Shown here: one piece after another, positions 28,989-37,081 of the stretch
Position numbering within the stretch: the first letter of the stretch is position 1
Layout: each line of letters starts with the position of its first letter
Assembly: GCA_046723845.1 (NCBI GenBank)
Contig: JBKOVG010000159.1
Span: forward strand, 764 to 64,763
From: Candidatus Methylomirabilota bacterium
GTDB lineage: Bacteria; Methylomirabilota; Methylomirabilia; Rokubacteriales; CSP1-6
Direction of reading: 5' to 3'
DNA: 64,000 nt
Notes under the pieces: generated by a model
What the model was told of the DNA's origin: nothing
The model's input: only the letters and a program-made list of their open reading frames with translations
Database searches by the model: none
Program-made: the position numbers and the translations under genes

Positions 28989-29834
28989 CTAGCTCTTCAC
29001 CGATCCCGCGGTCAGCCCCGCCACGTAGTAATCCACGAAGAAGGAATAGATGATGGCCACGGGCACGGAGCCGAGGAGGGCGGCGGCCATGAGCTGCCCC
29101 CAGTAGAAGACGTCGCCCCGGATCAGCTCGGTGATGGCCCCCACGGGCACCGTGCGCACGTCGCTCTTGGCGAGGAAGATCAGGGCATAGAGGAACTCGT
29201 TCTGGGCGAGGGTGAAGGCGAAGATGCCCGCGGAGAGCAGGCCGGGCGTGCACAGGGGTAGCACGATGCGCGCCATGGCCTGGAAGCGGCTAGCCCCGTC
29301 GATGCGCGCCGCTTCCTCGAGCTCGCGCGGCACGCTCTTGAAGTAGCCCATGAGGAGCCACGCGCAGAAGGGAATGAGGAGGGTGGGGTACGTGAGCATG
29401 ACCGCGCTGAGCGTGTTGCCCAGGTCGAGCCGGTTGATGATCTCCGCCATGGGAATGAACAGGAGAGGTTGCGGCACCAGATAGGTCGCGGCCACGCCGA
29501 TGGCCACCACGGCCGCTCCGGGAAACTTCAGCCGGGCCAGTGGATACGCCATCATGGTGCCCAGCACGAGCGACACCGCGGTGGTGATCACGGCCACCAG
29601 CAGGGTGTTGTAGGTCCAGGTGATGAAGTTCGTCTCCGAGAGCAGGTCGTAGTAGTGCTTCAGGGTCGGCTGATGGACGATGAGCGGCATGACCTTCTGG
29701 CTGTACAGCTCGCGGTTCGGTTTGATGGAGGTGATGAGCATCCAGTAGAAGGGGAAGAGCATCAGGATCAGGCACACCGCGAGGGGCAGATAGAGGCGGA
29801 GCAACCGGGAGCCGAACCGCCGACCGCCGACCAT
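28989..29834 (-). CDS. Carbohydrate-type ABC transporter permease (MalG/UgpE-like)
   Basis: 281 aa from ATG 29834, in TAATG overlap with the upstream permease. The EAA loop is EAARIDGASRFQAMARIVLPL. Confidence 0.88.
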   Translation of the reverse strand: MVGGRRFGSRLLRLYLPLAVCLILMLFPFYWMLITSIKPNRELYSQKVMPLIVHQPTLKHYYDLLSETNFITWTYNTLLVAVITTAVSLVLGTMMAYPLARLKFPGAAVVAIGVAATYLVPQPLLFIPMAEIINRLDLGNTLSAVMLTYPTLLIPFCAWLLMGYFKSVPRELEEAARIDGASRFQAMARIVLPLCTPGLLSAGIFAFTLAQNEFLYALIFLAKSDVRTVPVGAITELIRGDVFYWGQLMAAALLGSVPVAIIYSFFVDYYVAGLTAGSVKS

Positions 29835-30766
29835 TACTCCCGCCTCAGATAGAAGGTCAGGCCGATGATGACCAGGATGAGAGCCGGCAGCATGGTCAGC
29901 GCCGCTGCCGCTCCCATGCCGAGCTGGCCGCCCGACATACCGAGATCGTAGGCGTAGGTGACGAAGACCTGGGTGGCGTTGGCGGGGCCACCGTGGGTCA
30001 ACGCGTAGACGATCTGGAAATCCGCGAAGGTGAAGATCACCGAGAACATCGTCACGATGATCAGGATGGGCTTGATGATGGGCAGGGTCACGTGCCAGAA
30101 GCGCTGATCGGTGCTGGCCCCGTCGATGGCCGCCGCCTCGTAGAGATCTGGCGAGATGGTCTGGAGCCCGGCCAGGATGGTAATGCCGTAGAAGGGAATG
30201 CCCCGCCAAGTATTCACGATGATGATGGCTACCATAGCTAGGGTGGCGTTGCCGAGCCACGAGAAGCCCTTGGCCACCAGTCCCGTGTTCACGAGGGTCC
30301 AGTTGATCACGCTGAAAGTCGGGTCGAAGATCCACATCCACGCGATGGTGCTGAGGATGGTCGGCACGATGAAGGGCAGGAGCAGGAAGGCGCGGGCGAG
30401 ATTGCGGCCCCGGAAGGTCTGGTTCATCACCAGGGCCATGGCGAGGCCACCCAAGAGCTTGAAGACGGTGGTGACGATCGTGTACAGGAAGGTGTTGCGC
30501 GTCACCTGCCAGAACACGCCGTCGCGCGCCAGGTTGACGAAGTTCGCCAGCCCAACGAAGAGCCCCGGCTTGGCCACCGGCCGGTCTTGAAGGCTCAGGT
30601 AGATACCGTAGAAGAAGGGATAGGCGACGAAGGCAAGGAGAAAGAGCACGCCGGGAGCCAGCATGATCCAGCTGAAGGCTCCCTCGCGCTCGAGCACGCG
30701 GCGCGGTAGCGCTCGCCGGTCCAGCCCCGGGGCCGGCCGGGCGACAGACGCGGGCCCTACCGCCAT
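29834..30766 (-). CDS. Carbohydrate-type ABC transporter permease (MalF/UgpA-like)
   Basis: 310 aa. The EAA loop is EAAAIDGASTDQRFWHVTLPIIKP. Six TM-like segments. Confidence 0.88.
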   Translation of the reverse strand: MAVGPASVARPAPGLDRRALPRRVLEREGAFSWIMLAPGVLFLLAFVAYPFFYGIYLSLQDRPVAKPGLFVGLANFVNLARDGVFWQVTRNTFLYTIVTTVFKLLGGLAMALVMNQTFRGRNLARAFLLLPFIVPTILSTIAWMWIFDPTFSVINWTLVNTGLVAKGFSWLGNATLAMVAIIIVNTWRGIPFYGITILAGLQTISPDLYEAAAIDGASTDQRFWHVTLPIIKPILIIVTMFSVIFTFADFQIVYALTHGGPANATQVFVTYAYDLGMSGGQLGMGAAAALTMLPALILVIIGLTFYLRRE

Positions 30767-30769
30767 GAC

Positions 30770-32044
30770 CTACTTTACTCTGTAGATCTGCTTGAGCTGC
30801 CCTGTCGCGGTGGCGATCACGTCCTTGGTCGACGCACCCTGGCAGGCCTTGGCGAACATGTCGACGAGAACGTATTTGGCCACACTCTCGGACATGGCGT
30901 GGCTCGGCGGCCCTGGCCACCCATGCAGCCGCGTGGTCTTGAGCGACTCCTTGTAGGGTAGGTAGCGCGGCTCCGGATTCCACATCGGGTGGTTCTCGTA
31001 GGACTCCAGGAAGGGCGCGTAGTACGCTTCACCGGCGGCGAGCCACCGCGACAGTTGCTTGTCATCGTAGAGCCACCGGAGAAAGGCCTTGGCGGCCGCC
31101 TGGTCCGGGGCGTGGGTCATGATCGCGTGAGACGCCGCCTGCATGATGTGGAAGCGGCCCTTGGGTCCCTGCGGGTTGAGCGAGTGGTCAGTGACCTTGG
31201 CGATCTCGGGAAAGTCGCGCTTGGCCACCACCAGGATGGATGAGGCGTTGTTCGTGCAGGAGATCTGCTCGCCCAAGAAGGCCTTGTTGTTGTTCACGTC
31301 GGTCCAGCCGAGCACATCTTCGATCATCGTCTCCTTGTAGAAGCGCCGGCAAAAGTCCACGGCCTTGGCCGTCTCGTCGGAATCGAGGAGCACCGTCTTG
31401 CCGTCCTTGTCGACCTCACGCCCGCCGTAGGACCAGAGCAGCGGGTAGAGCCAACCGTGGTTATCGCCGAAGCCATGGCCCAATTCGAAGCCAAAGGGGT
31501 GGCCCTTCTTCTTGAGCAGCCGACCCGCCGCGAGCAGGTCTTCCCAGTTGTCGGGGAACTTGTTCACGCCCGCCTCTTTGAACCAGTCCGTCCGGTACAC
31601 CTCGAGCTGGCCGATATTGCCCCAGGGCAGCGCCTTCCACTTCTTGTTGACCACCACCGCGTCGAGGACGTTGTCATGCCACGGTCCGATCTTCTTGCCG
31701 ATTTCCGTGGCGAGGTCCGTGACGTCGACGAGGCTCGGGTCGAAGAGCCAGGGCCAGTTGACGCCGGTTCCCACGATCTCGGGGCCCGACTTGGTCTCCG
31801 CGATGGTGGTGAGCCGGGTGAGCATGCCGCCCACGCTCACCGCTTCGTAGATGATCTTGATTCCCGTCTGCTTCTCGTACTCGGCGGCGAGCTTCTGCGA
31901 GAAGAAGTCGTCGAACGGCTTGATGAAGGAGCTCTCGCGGGCCACGGACATGGACTTCAGAGCCGCGGTGGACAACCGGGGCGCGACGAGCGCGCCTGTG
32001 GCGCCGGCGATGCTCCCGGTGAGGAATTCCCGACGTGTGCTCAT
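30770..32044 (-). CDS. ABC transporter extracellular solute-binding protein (family 1), Tat-exported
   Basis: 424 aa from ATG 32044. The twin-arginine signal is MSTRREFLTGSIAGATGALVA. No ATPase gene is adjacent. Confidence 0.85.
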   Translation of the reverse strand: MSTRREFLTGSIAGATGALVAPRLSTAALKSMSVARESSFIKPFDDFFSQKLAAEYEKQTGIKIIYEAVSVGGMLTRLTTIAETKSGPEIVGTGVNWPWLFDPSLVDVTDLATEIGKKIGPWHDNVLDAVVVNKKWKALPWGNIGQLEVYRTDWFKEAGVNKFPDNWEDLLAAGRLLKKKGHPFGFELGHGFGDNHGWLYPLLWSYGGREVDKDGKTVLLDSDETAKAVDFCRRFYKETMIEDVLGWTDVNNNKAFLGEQISCTNNASSILVVAKRDFPEIAKVTDHSLNPQGPKGRFHIMQAASHAIMTHAPDQAAAKAFLRWLYDDKQLSRWLAAGEAYYAPFLESYENHPMWNPEPRYLPYKESLKTTRLHGWPGPPSHAMSESVAKYVLVDMFAKACQGASTKDVIATATGQLKQIYRVK

Positions 32045-32134
32045 GAAGATGGCCTCCGCTTCGAGGGTTTCGAACCGCCCCTGGGTGGGCGGGATAGTAG
32101 GTGGACGCAATAGGGGCTGTCAAGCCAGGGGCGG

Positions 32135-33586
32135 CTACATCACCACCCCGGACACCCCCTCGTGGAGCGTGGGCTTGAGAGGGCCGAACTGGCCCTCGGT
32201 GGGCTCGGCTCAGCAGAACCAGGCTTCGGTGAGCCGGGGGGGCCGGCGGCGGTCGGGCGCGAGCGGCGGCATGGGCTCCGCCGTGCGTCCCGCCGCCGCC
32301 TGGGCCAGCGCTTTGAGGCGGTAGAAGGTGCAGGCGGGGTCCGCGCCGCCCGCCTGCTCCACGAGCCGGCTCGCCTCGCGCTGGAGCGCATCCATGCGCG
32401 GATCGGGATGCGTCCAGCGGTGGATGAAGTCCGCCTGATCGAGCGCGCCCAGGTATGGTCGGATGGCCGCGCGGGTCAGCAGCGAAGAGCCGGGCGGCAC
32501 GAGAAGCCGGAGGGTGAACTGCACCGGGTCGACGTAATCGATCAATCCCTCCACCTCCAGGAAGGCGAACATCTCCAGGTAGTCCTCGAGGGTCGTCCAC
32601 GGCGTGAAGGCGATCCAGGTCGGGCGGAACGCGATGCCCGCCCCGCGCACCACGCCGAGCGCGCGGCCGACGTCAGCTCGCGTGTGTCCCTTCTCGAGGT
32701 TGGCGAGCACGTCGTCGCTGAGCGACTCCACCGCGGAGACCATGAAGACGCAGCCGAGCTTGCGCAGCTCGGGAAAGAGATCCGCCCGCTCCAGGATGTG
32801 CTCCACCTTGGCGGTGAAGTCGAAGGTCAGCTCCGGCCGCTCTCGGTGCATTGCCCGCACGATGGCCAGCGAATGACCAGGGCCGTTGAGGAAATCGGGG
32901 TCCCCGAAGGTGATGTGGGTGGCGCCGTCCTGGGCGAGCCGCCGAATGTCGTCGAGCACGATCGCCTGCGGCACGACGAAGAAGCGACCGCCATAGACGG
33001 GCGGGATGGGGCAATGCAGGCACAGGTGCAGACAGCCCCGGCTCGCCTCGACGTAGCCGACCAGCTCCTTGCGCCCGTCGCGATCGAGATGCGCGTAACG
33101 CTTGAGGCCGGGCAGCGCGCCTCGGCTCGGCGCCGCGAAGGGCAGCCGCTGCAAGACGGGCATCGCCGCGTGCTCACGCTGGCGCACGCCGTCGATGGGG
33201 CCGGAGCGCCCGCTCGTCACCGCGTCCACGAGGGCGAGCAGGGCCGCCTCGTACTCGCCGCCGATCACCGAGTCGCCGCAGTGCTCGAGGAGATAGTCGG
33301 CGTTGAGCGAGGCGTAGAGGCCGTAGAAGCAGACGTGACAGCGCGGATTCACGCGGCGGATCTGCTCCGCCACGCGCACCCCGAGGCGAAGCGCGGTGTG
33401 CATGGGCACCGAGATGGCGACGAGGCGGGCGCGCGCGAATCGCCCCGACTCGAACGGCTCCACGGAGATGTCGAGGGCCTCCGCGGCGTACCCCGCGCGC
33501 TCGAGGAAGGCGAGCGGCGAGGCGAGGGCCAGGGGCTGGTGCCCCAGTTCGTAGCAGGAGACGAGGAGGATCGTCCCCTGGTCCAT
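32135..33586 (-). CDS. Radical SAM enzyme with B12-binding-like N-domain and predicted selenocysteine-containing C-terminal CUAEP tail (UGA at 32212-32210 recoded)
   Basis: The radical SAM cluster motif is SRGCLHLCLHC (CxxxCxxC). The track ORF stops at TGA after ...LTEAWFC. Read-through gives U-AEPTEGQFGPLKPTLHEGVSGVVM, then TAG at 32137-32135. A SECIS-like hairpin starts 12 nt after the UGA. Confidence 0.7.
32179..32197 (-). promoter_or_regulatory. SECIS-like stem-loop (selenocysteine insertion element candidate)
   Basis: The mRNA reads UGA-GCCGAGCCCACC-GAGGGCC-AGUUC-GGCCCUC. It has a perfect 7-bp GC-rich stem and a 5-nt loop containing G-U. The loop begins 19 nt after the UGA. Confidence 0.6.
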
Positions 33587-33587
33587 C

Positions 33588-34355
33588 TCAGCGCGCCTTG
33601 GCGAGGATGAAGAGACGGCGGAAGGGGAAGAGGGTGCGCCCGTCGAACTGCGGCGGATAGGCCCGCGCCGTCCGCGCCGCGTAGTCGGCCTCGAAGCGGC
33701 TGCGCTCCGGCTCGTCGAGCGCGGCGAGAAGCGGGCGCAGCCAGGTGCCCTTGGTCCACTCCTTCACCGGATTCTCGCCGTCAAGGATCTGGAGATATTC
33801 CGTCTCCCAGATGTCGAGGGCGGCCGCGTGCGGCGCGAGGAGGCCGTAGTAGTAGGCGGGATCGCCGGTCGGCGACGGACGCAGGAGCGGCTCGAGCTTC
33901 GCCCGCCACGGGCCGCTGCGCGCGGCGTCGGAGATTGAGGTGTGCGAGGGGGCCGAGAAGTTTCGTGGCATCTGCACGGCCAGCACCCCACCGGGGGCGA
34001 GCGAGGAGAAGAGCGAGTCGAAGAGCTTGTCGTGCCCGTCCACCCAGTGCAGCGCGGCGTTGGAATAGATGAGGTCCACGGGCCGCGCCGGCCGCCATGC
34101 GCCGAGGTCGGCGAGCTGCCACTGTATCTCCGGTGCCGAGCCGGCGGCCTTGGCCAGCATCTCCGGCGAGGTGTCGACGCCAGTGACGCGGGCGTTCGGC
34201 CACCGTAGCCTGATCAGCTTCGTCACGTTGCCGGCGCCCGCGCCGAGATCCACGACTTCGGCGGGGTCGGCGAGGTCGATGCGGTTCAGGAGATCGATCG
34301 CGGGGCGGAGCCGCTGGTCGGCGAACTTGAGGTATTGCGCAGGATCCCAGGCCAT
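33588..34355 (-). CDS. Class I SAM-dependent methyltransferase, trans-aconitate 2-methyltransferase (Tam)-like
   Basis: 255 aa from ATG 34355. Reads MAWDPAQYLKFADQRLRPAIDLL...VVDLGAGAGNVT...IYSNAALHW, the Tam-family pattern. Its stop is 1 nt before the radical SAM ATG. Confidence 0.8.
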   Translation of the reverse strand: MAWDPAQYLKFADQRLRPAIDLLNRIDLADPAEVVDLGAGAGNVTKLIRLRWPNARVTGVDTSPEMLAKAAGSAPEIQWQLADLGAWRPARPVDLIYSNAALHWVDGHDKLFDSLFSSLAPGGVLAVQMPRNFSAPSHTSISDAARSGPWRAKLEPLLRPSPTGDPAYYYGLLAPHAAALDIWETEYLQILDGENPVKEWTKGTWLRPLLAALDEPERSRFEADYAARTARAYPPQFDGRTLFPFRRLFILAKAR

Positions 34356-34492
34356 GGGTTTCTCAGCATACTCCCTCTCGCGTTTTTGGCACGGGGTGAC
34401 AGTTTTGGTATCCGGCTTCTCCCGCCCGAGCCATAACCCCCTGTTTCCGTTGGCCTGATGAACGGGCCCGAGGTTTGCTTTGACAAAGAGGC

Positions 34493-34879
34493 ATGGCAAA
34501 GAACAGCGGCTCCCTTCGCGTGCTCGTGGTCGAGGACGATGCTCCGATCGGGCGGATGCTCGCGAGCATCCTGGCCGACGAAGGCTACGTGGTCGATCTG
34601 GCCAGTGACGGCCTCACCGCGCTCGGGAAGATCGAGGCCCGTGAGTACGATCTGATCCTCACGGACCTGCGCATGCCCGAGCTCGACGGGGTGGGCCTCT
34701 ACCGCGAGCTGGAGCGGCGTCAGCCCGAGATGCTCCGCCGCGTGATCGTCATCACGGGCACGAGCGGCCACCCCGAGTACGAGAGCTTCCTCGAGGAGAC
34801 CAAGGTTCCCTACCTCGAGAAGCCCTTCAGCCTCCAGGCTCTCCAGTCCATCACGCGCCGAGTCCTCGCCTCCGCCTGA
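34493..34879 (+). CDS. Stand-alone response regulator receiver (CheY-like)
   Basis: 128 aa. Reads LVVEDDAPIGRML...DLILTDLRMPELDG...KPF, with the Asp pocket and phospho-acceptor Asp context. Confidence 0.88.
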   Translation: MAKNSGSLRVLVVEDDAPIGRMLASILADEGYVVDLASDGLTALGKIEAREYDLILTDLRMPELDGVGLYRELERRQPEMLRRVIVITGTSGHPEYESFLEETKVPYLEKPFSLQALQSITRRVLASA

Positions 34880-34883
34880 GCGG

Positions 34884-35930
34884 CTAGCGGGGCTTGGCGC
34901 GCACGCGCCACTCGAAGCACGCGTCCCCCCGATCGAGGCGGCGGCGCACGTCCAGGAGCAGGTGGCGGTTGTGCACCGAAAGCGCGCCTTGCCATAGCGC
35001 GTTCCAACCCTCGAAGACCGCGGGGCTCGGCGAAGACACGCCCTGCATCAGTCGCCACGAGTGCTGCCGCACCATCATCTCGTCGCCCTCGCGCAAGCAT
35101 TCCACGCGATCGTCCTGCGCCTGGCCAAGGCGCGCGAGGTACTCGGCGAAGTCATCTTGGCTGGTGCCCTTGACGCCAAGGAGTTCCGCCGTCTCGGCGT
35201 AGTACTGCATGCCGATGAGGGTGCCGGTGACGCCGCCCAGGTAGCGCGCCTCCGCCTCCCCAAAGGTCTCTGCGAGCACGGGCAGGATGGTCCGCACGTA
35301 GTCCATCGCGTAGTTGCGCGTGATCTTCCGCAGGCGCTCGGGCGGCCAGTCCGCGCCTTCCACCCGCGGCGCGCGGGCAGGATCGAAGTCGGGGCCGTCC
35401 TCGCCCGGCGCGAAGCGCAGGCGCTCCTCGGGCTCGAGATCGCGATCGTGCTCGAGGTAGTAGCCCTCGAGGCCCGGCTGGCCGTCGGTTGTCTGCTTGG
35501 TGCACACGAAACCCAGGCGCGGGTTGCCGAGCGACACGCCGTTGTGGGCGTGCCAGCCGCGGAGCATGGCGCGCGAGACCTCGCTGGGCACCCCGCAGAT
35601 GGCCGTGCCCTCGTAGATCCAGCGCGGCGGCACGTAGCGCACCCACGCTTTCGTATCCGACTCGAACATGTACTCGACGCGCACCCCGCCCAGGTGGTTG
35701 GACAGGTAGTGGTACTGGGCGCAGGCCACGGCGTGCGGCAACTTTGCGAGGCCGAGCTTCTCGAGCCCGGGGAGGAACTTCTCCAGGTGCTGGCGCCGGA
35801 AGGTGCGGAAGACGAGCTCGGCGGCGGCCGTGCCTCCACGCCGGCTCATCGTGGTGAGGATGAGGCCGGTGAGGTAGGCATGATAGATGGTCTCGACGGC
35901 CCCGTATCCCGCGGAGAGCGAGTCGCGCAC
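34884..35930 (-). CDS. Hypothetical protein with apparent internal two-domain duplication
   Basis: 348 aa and no motif I can name. The two halves show parallel patterns: EKLGLAK..AQYHYLSNHLGGVRVEYMFESDTKAWVRY..RGWHAHNG versus ELLGVKG..AEYLARLGQAQDDRVECLREGDEMMVRQ..EGWNALWQG. Confidence 0.5.
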   Translation of the reverse strand: MRDSLSAGYGAVETIYHAYLTGLILTTMSRRGGTAAAELVFRTFRRQHLEKFLPGLEKLGLAKLPHAVACAQYHYLSNHLGGVRVEYMFESDTKAWVRYVPPRWIYEGTAICGVPSEVSRAMLRGWHAHNGVSLGNPRLGFVCTKQTTDGQPGLEGYYLEHDRDLEPEERLRFAPGEDGPDFDPARAPRVEGADWPPERLRKITRNYAMDYVRTILPVLAETFGEAEARYLGGVTGTLIGMQYYAETAELLGVKGTSQDDFAEYLARLGQAQDDRVECLREGDEMMVRQHSWRLMQGVSSPSPAVFEGWNALWQGALSVHNRHLLLDVRRRLDRGDACFEWRVRAKPR

Positions 35931-36042
35931 GGCGACATCTTACGCCGGGAGTCCCGCAGAATGTGTCCGCCAGGAAATAACCTTCCTAGCCGTCGGCCGT
36001 CGCGCTATGCTGTGCCGCTTCCATCCTGAACCGGGGGTCGGC

Positions 36043-37035
36043 ATGAGGACGTCGCACTTTGCTCGCATGGGCATTCTGATCCTGAGCATGCTCTCCCTCC
36101 CTGCCGCCCTGGAGGCGCAGCCGAAGGGGAAACTGGTGCGGATCGGCCTCCTGGACTTCGGTGCGCCGAATCCCTCGAGCGAGGCACGATGGAAAGCGCT
36201 TCGCGAGCAGCTGCGCGAGCTGGGCTTCGTTGAGGGACAGAACGTCGCCTACGAGCCCAGGTGGGCAAACGGACAGGTGGATCGCCTGCCCGCCCTGGCT
36301 GGCGAGCTGGTCAGCCTCAAGGCCGATATCATCGTGACGGCCACCGGCGATGCCGCCCTCGCAACCAAGCGGGCGACCAGCTCGATCCCCATCGTCTTTG
36401 CCACCACCCCTGATCCCGTGCGCTTGGGGCTCGTGCCAAGCCTGGCCCGGCCAGGCGGAAACGTTACCGGAGTGACCTCGCTGAGCAGTGAACTGTCGGG
36501 GAAGCGTCTGGAGCTTCTCAAGCAGACGCTCCCGCGCGCCTTTCGCATCGCTGTCCTGAACGATCCCGAGAATCGCTCCTCCGAGTTCATCCTGCACGGC
36601 GTGGAGAGCGTGGCGAAGTCCCTTGACGTCGTCGTGCAGACGGTGGACGTGCGGAGTCAAAACGACTTCGATGCTGCCTTCTCGTCCATGAAGCGATCAC
36701 GCGCCGACGCCGCCATCCTGGGCGTGAACACACCTTTCCTCGCCCATCGCCAGCGCCTCGCCGAGCTCGCGATGTCGCAGCGGCTCCCGATGATGACGCC
36801 GTCGAGGGAGTATGCCGAAGCGGGGGCTCTCCTCAGCTACGGCACCGACTATCCCGCTCAGTTCCGCCGGGTGGCCGTGTATGTGGACAAGATCCTCAAG
36901 GGCGCCCGGCCCGGCGATCTGCCCATCGAGCAGCCGACCAAGTTCGAGCTGGTGATCAATCTCAAGACGGCCAAGGCGATCGGGCTGACCATTCCGCAGT
37001 CGGTGCTGGGGCGGGCGGACGAGCTGATCCAGTAG
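36043..37035 (+). CDS. ABC-transporter-type substrate-binding protein (ABC_sub_bind / BMP-like family), orphan
   Basis: 330 aa with a signal peptide. Reads ...IGLLDFG...ADIIVTATGDAALATKRATSSIPIVFATTPDPVRLGLVPSLARPGGNVTG...PIEQPTKFELVINLKTAKAIGLTIPQSVLGRADELIQ. A paralogue is at 49888-50886. Confidence 0.8.
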   Translation: MRTSHFARMGILILSMLSLPAALEAQPKGKLVRIGLLDFGAPNPSSEARWKALREQLRELGFVEGQNVAYEPRWANGQVDRLPALAGELVSLKADIIVTATGDAALATKRATSSIPIVFATTPDPVRLGLVPSLARPGGNVTGVTSLSSELSGKRLELLKQTLPRAFRIAVLNDPENRSSEFILHGVESVAKSLDVVVQTVDVRSQNDFDAAFSSMKRSRADAAILGVNTPFLAHRQRLAELAMSQRLPMMTPSREYAEAGALLSYGTDYPAQFRRVAVYVDKILKGARPGDLPIEQPTKFELVINLKTAKAIGLTIPQSVLGRADELIQ

Positions 37036-37081
37036 GGGCGGAGCGCTGGCGCGGCTCGGCCCGCGCGTATACACTCCCCCT

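Noticed and set aside
28989-30983. The 664-aa fused ORF, and likewise the N-terminal extensions of 12075-14087, 13841-15391, 30770-32110, 55905-58013 and 62262-63563.
   Set aside because: The upstream portions are out-of-family low-complexity sequence overlapping the neighbouring real gene. Internal starts with Shine-Dalgarno sequences or stop-start overlaps give proteins of normal family length.
34387-34401. Sigma-54-like TGGCAC-N5 element upstream of the response regulator gene.
   Set aside because: The -12 position reads GACA instead of the required TTGC(A/T), so the GC dinucleotide is missing. The spacing to the ATG is also unremarkable.
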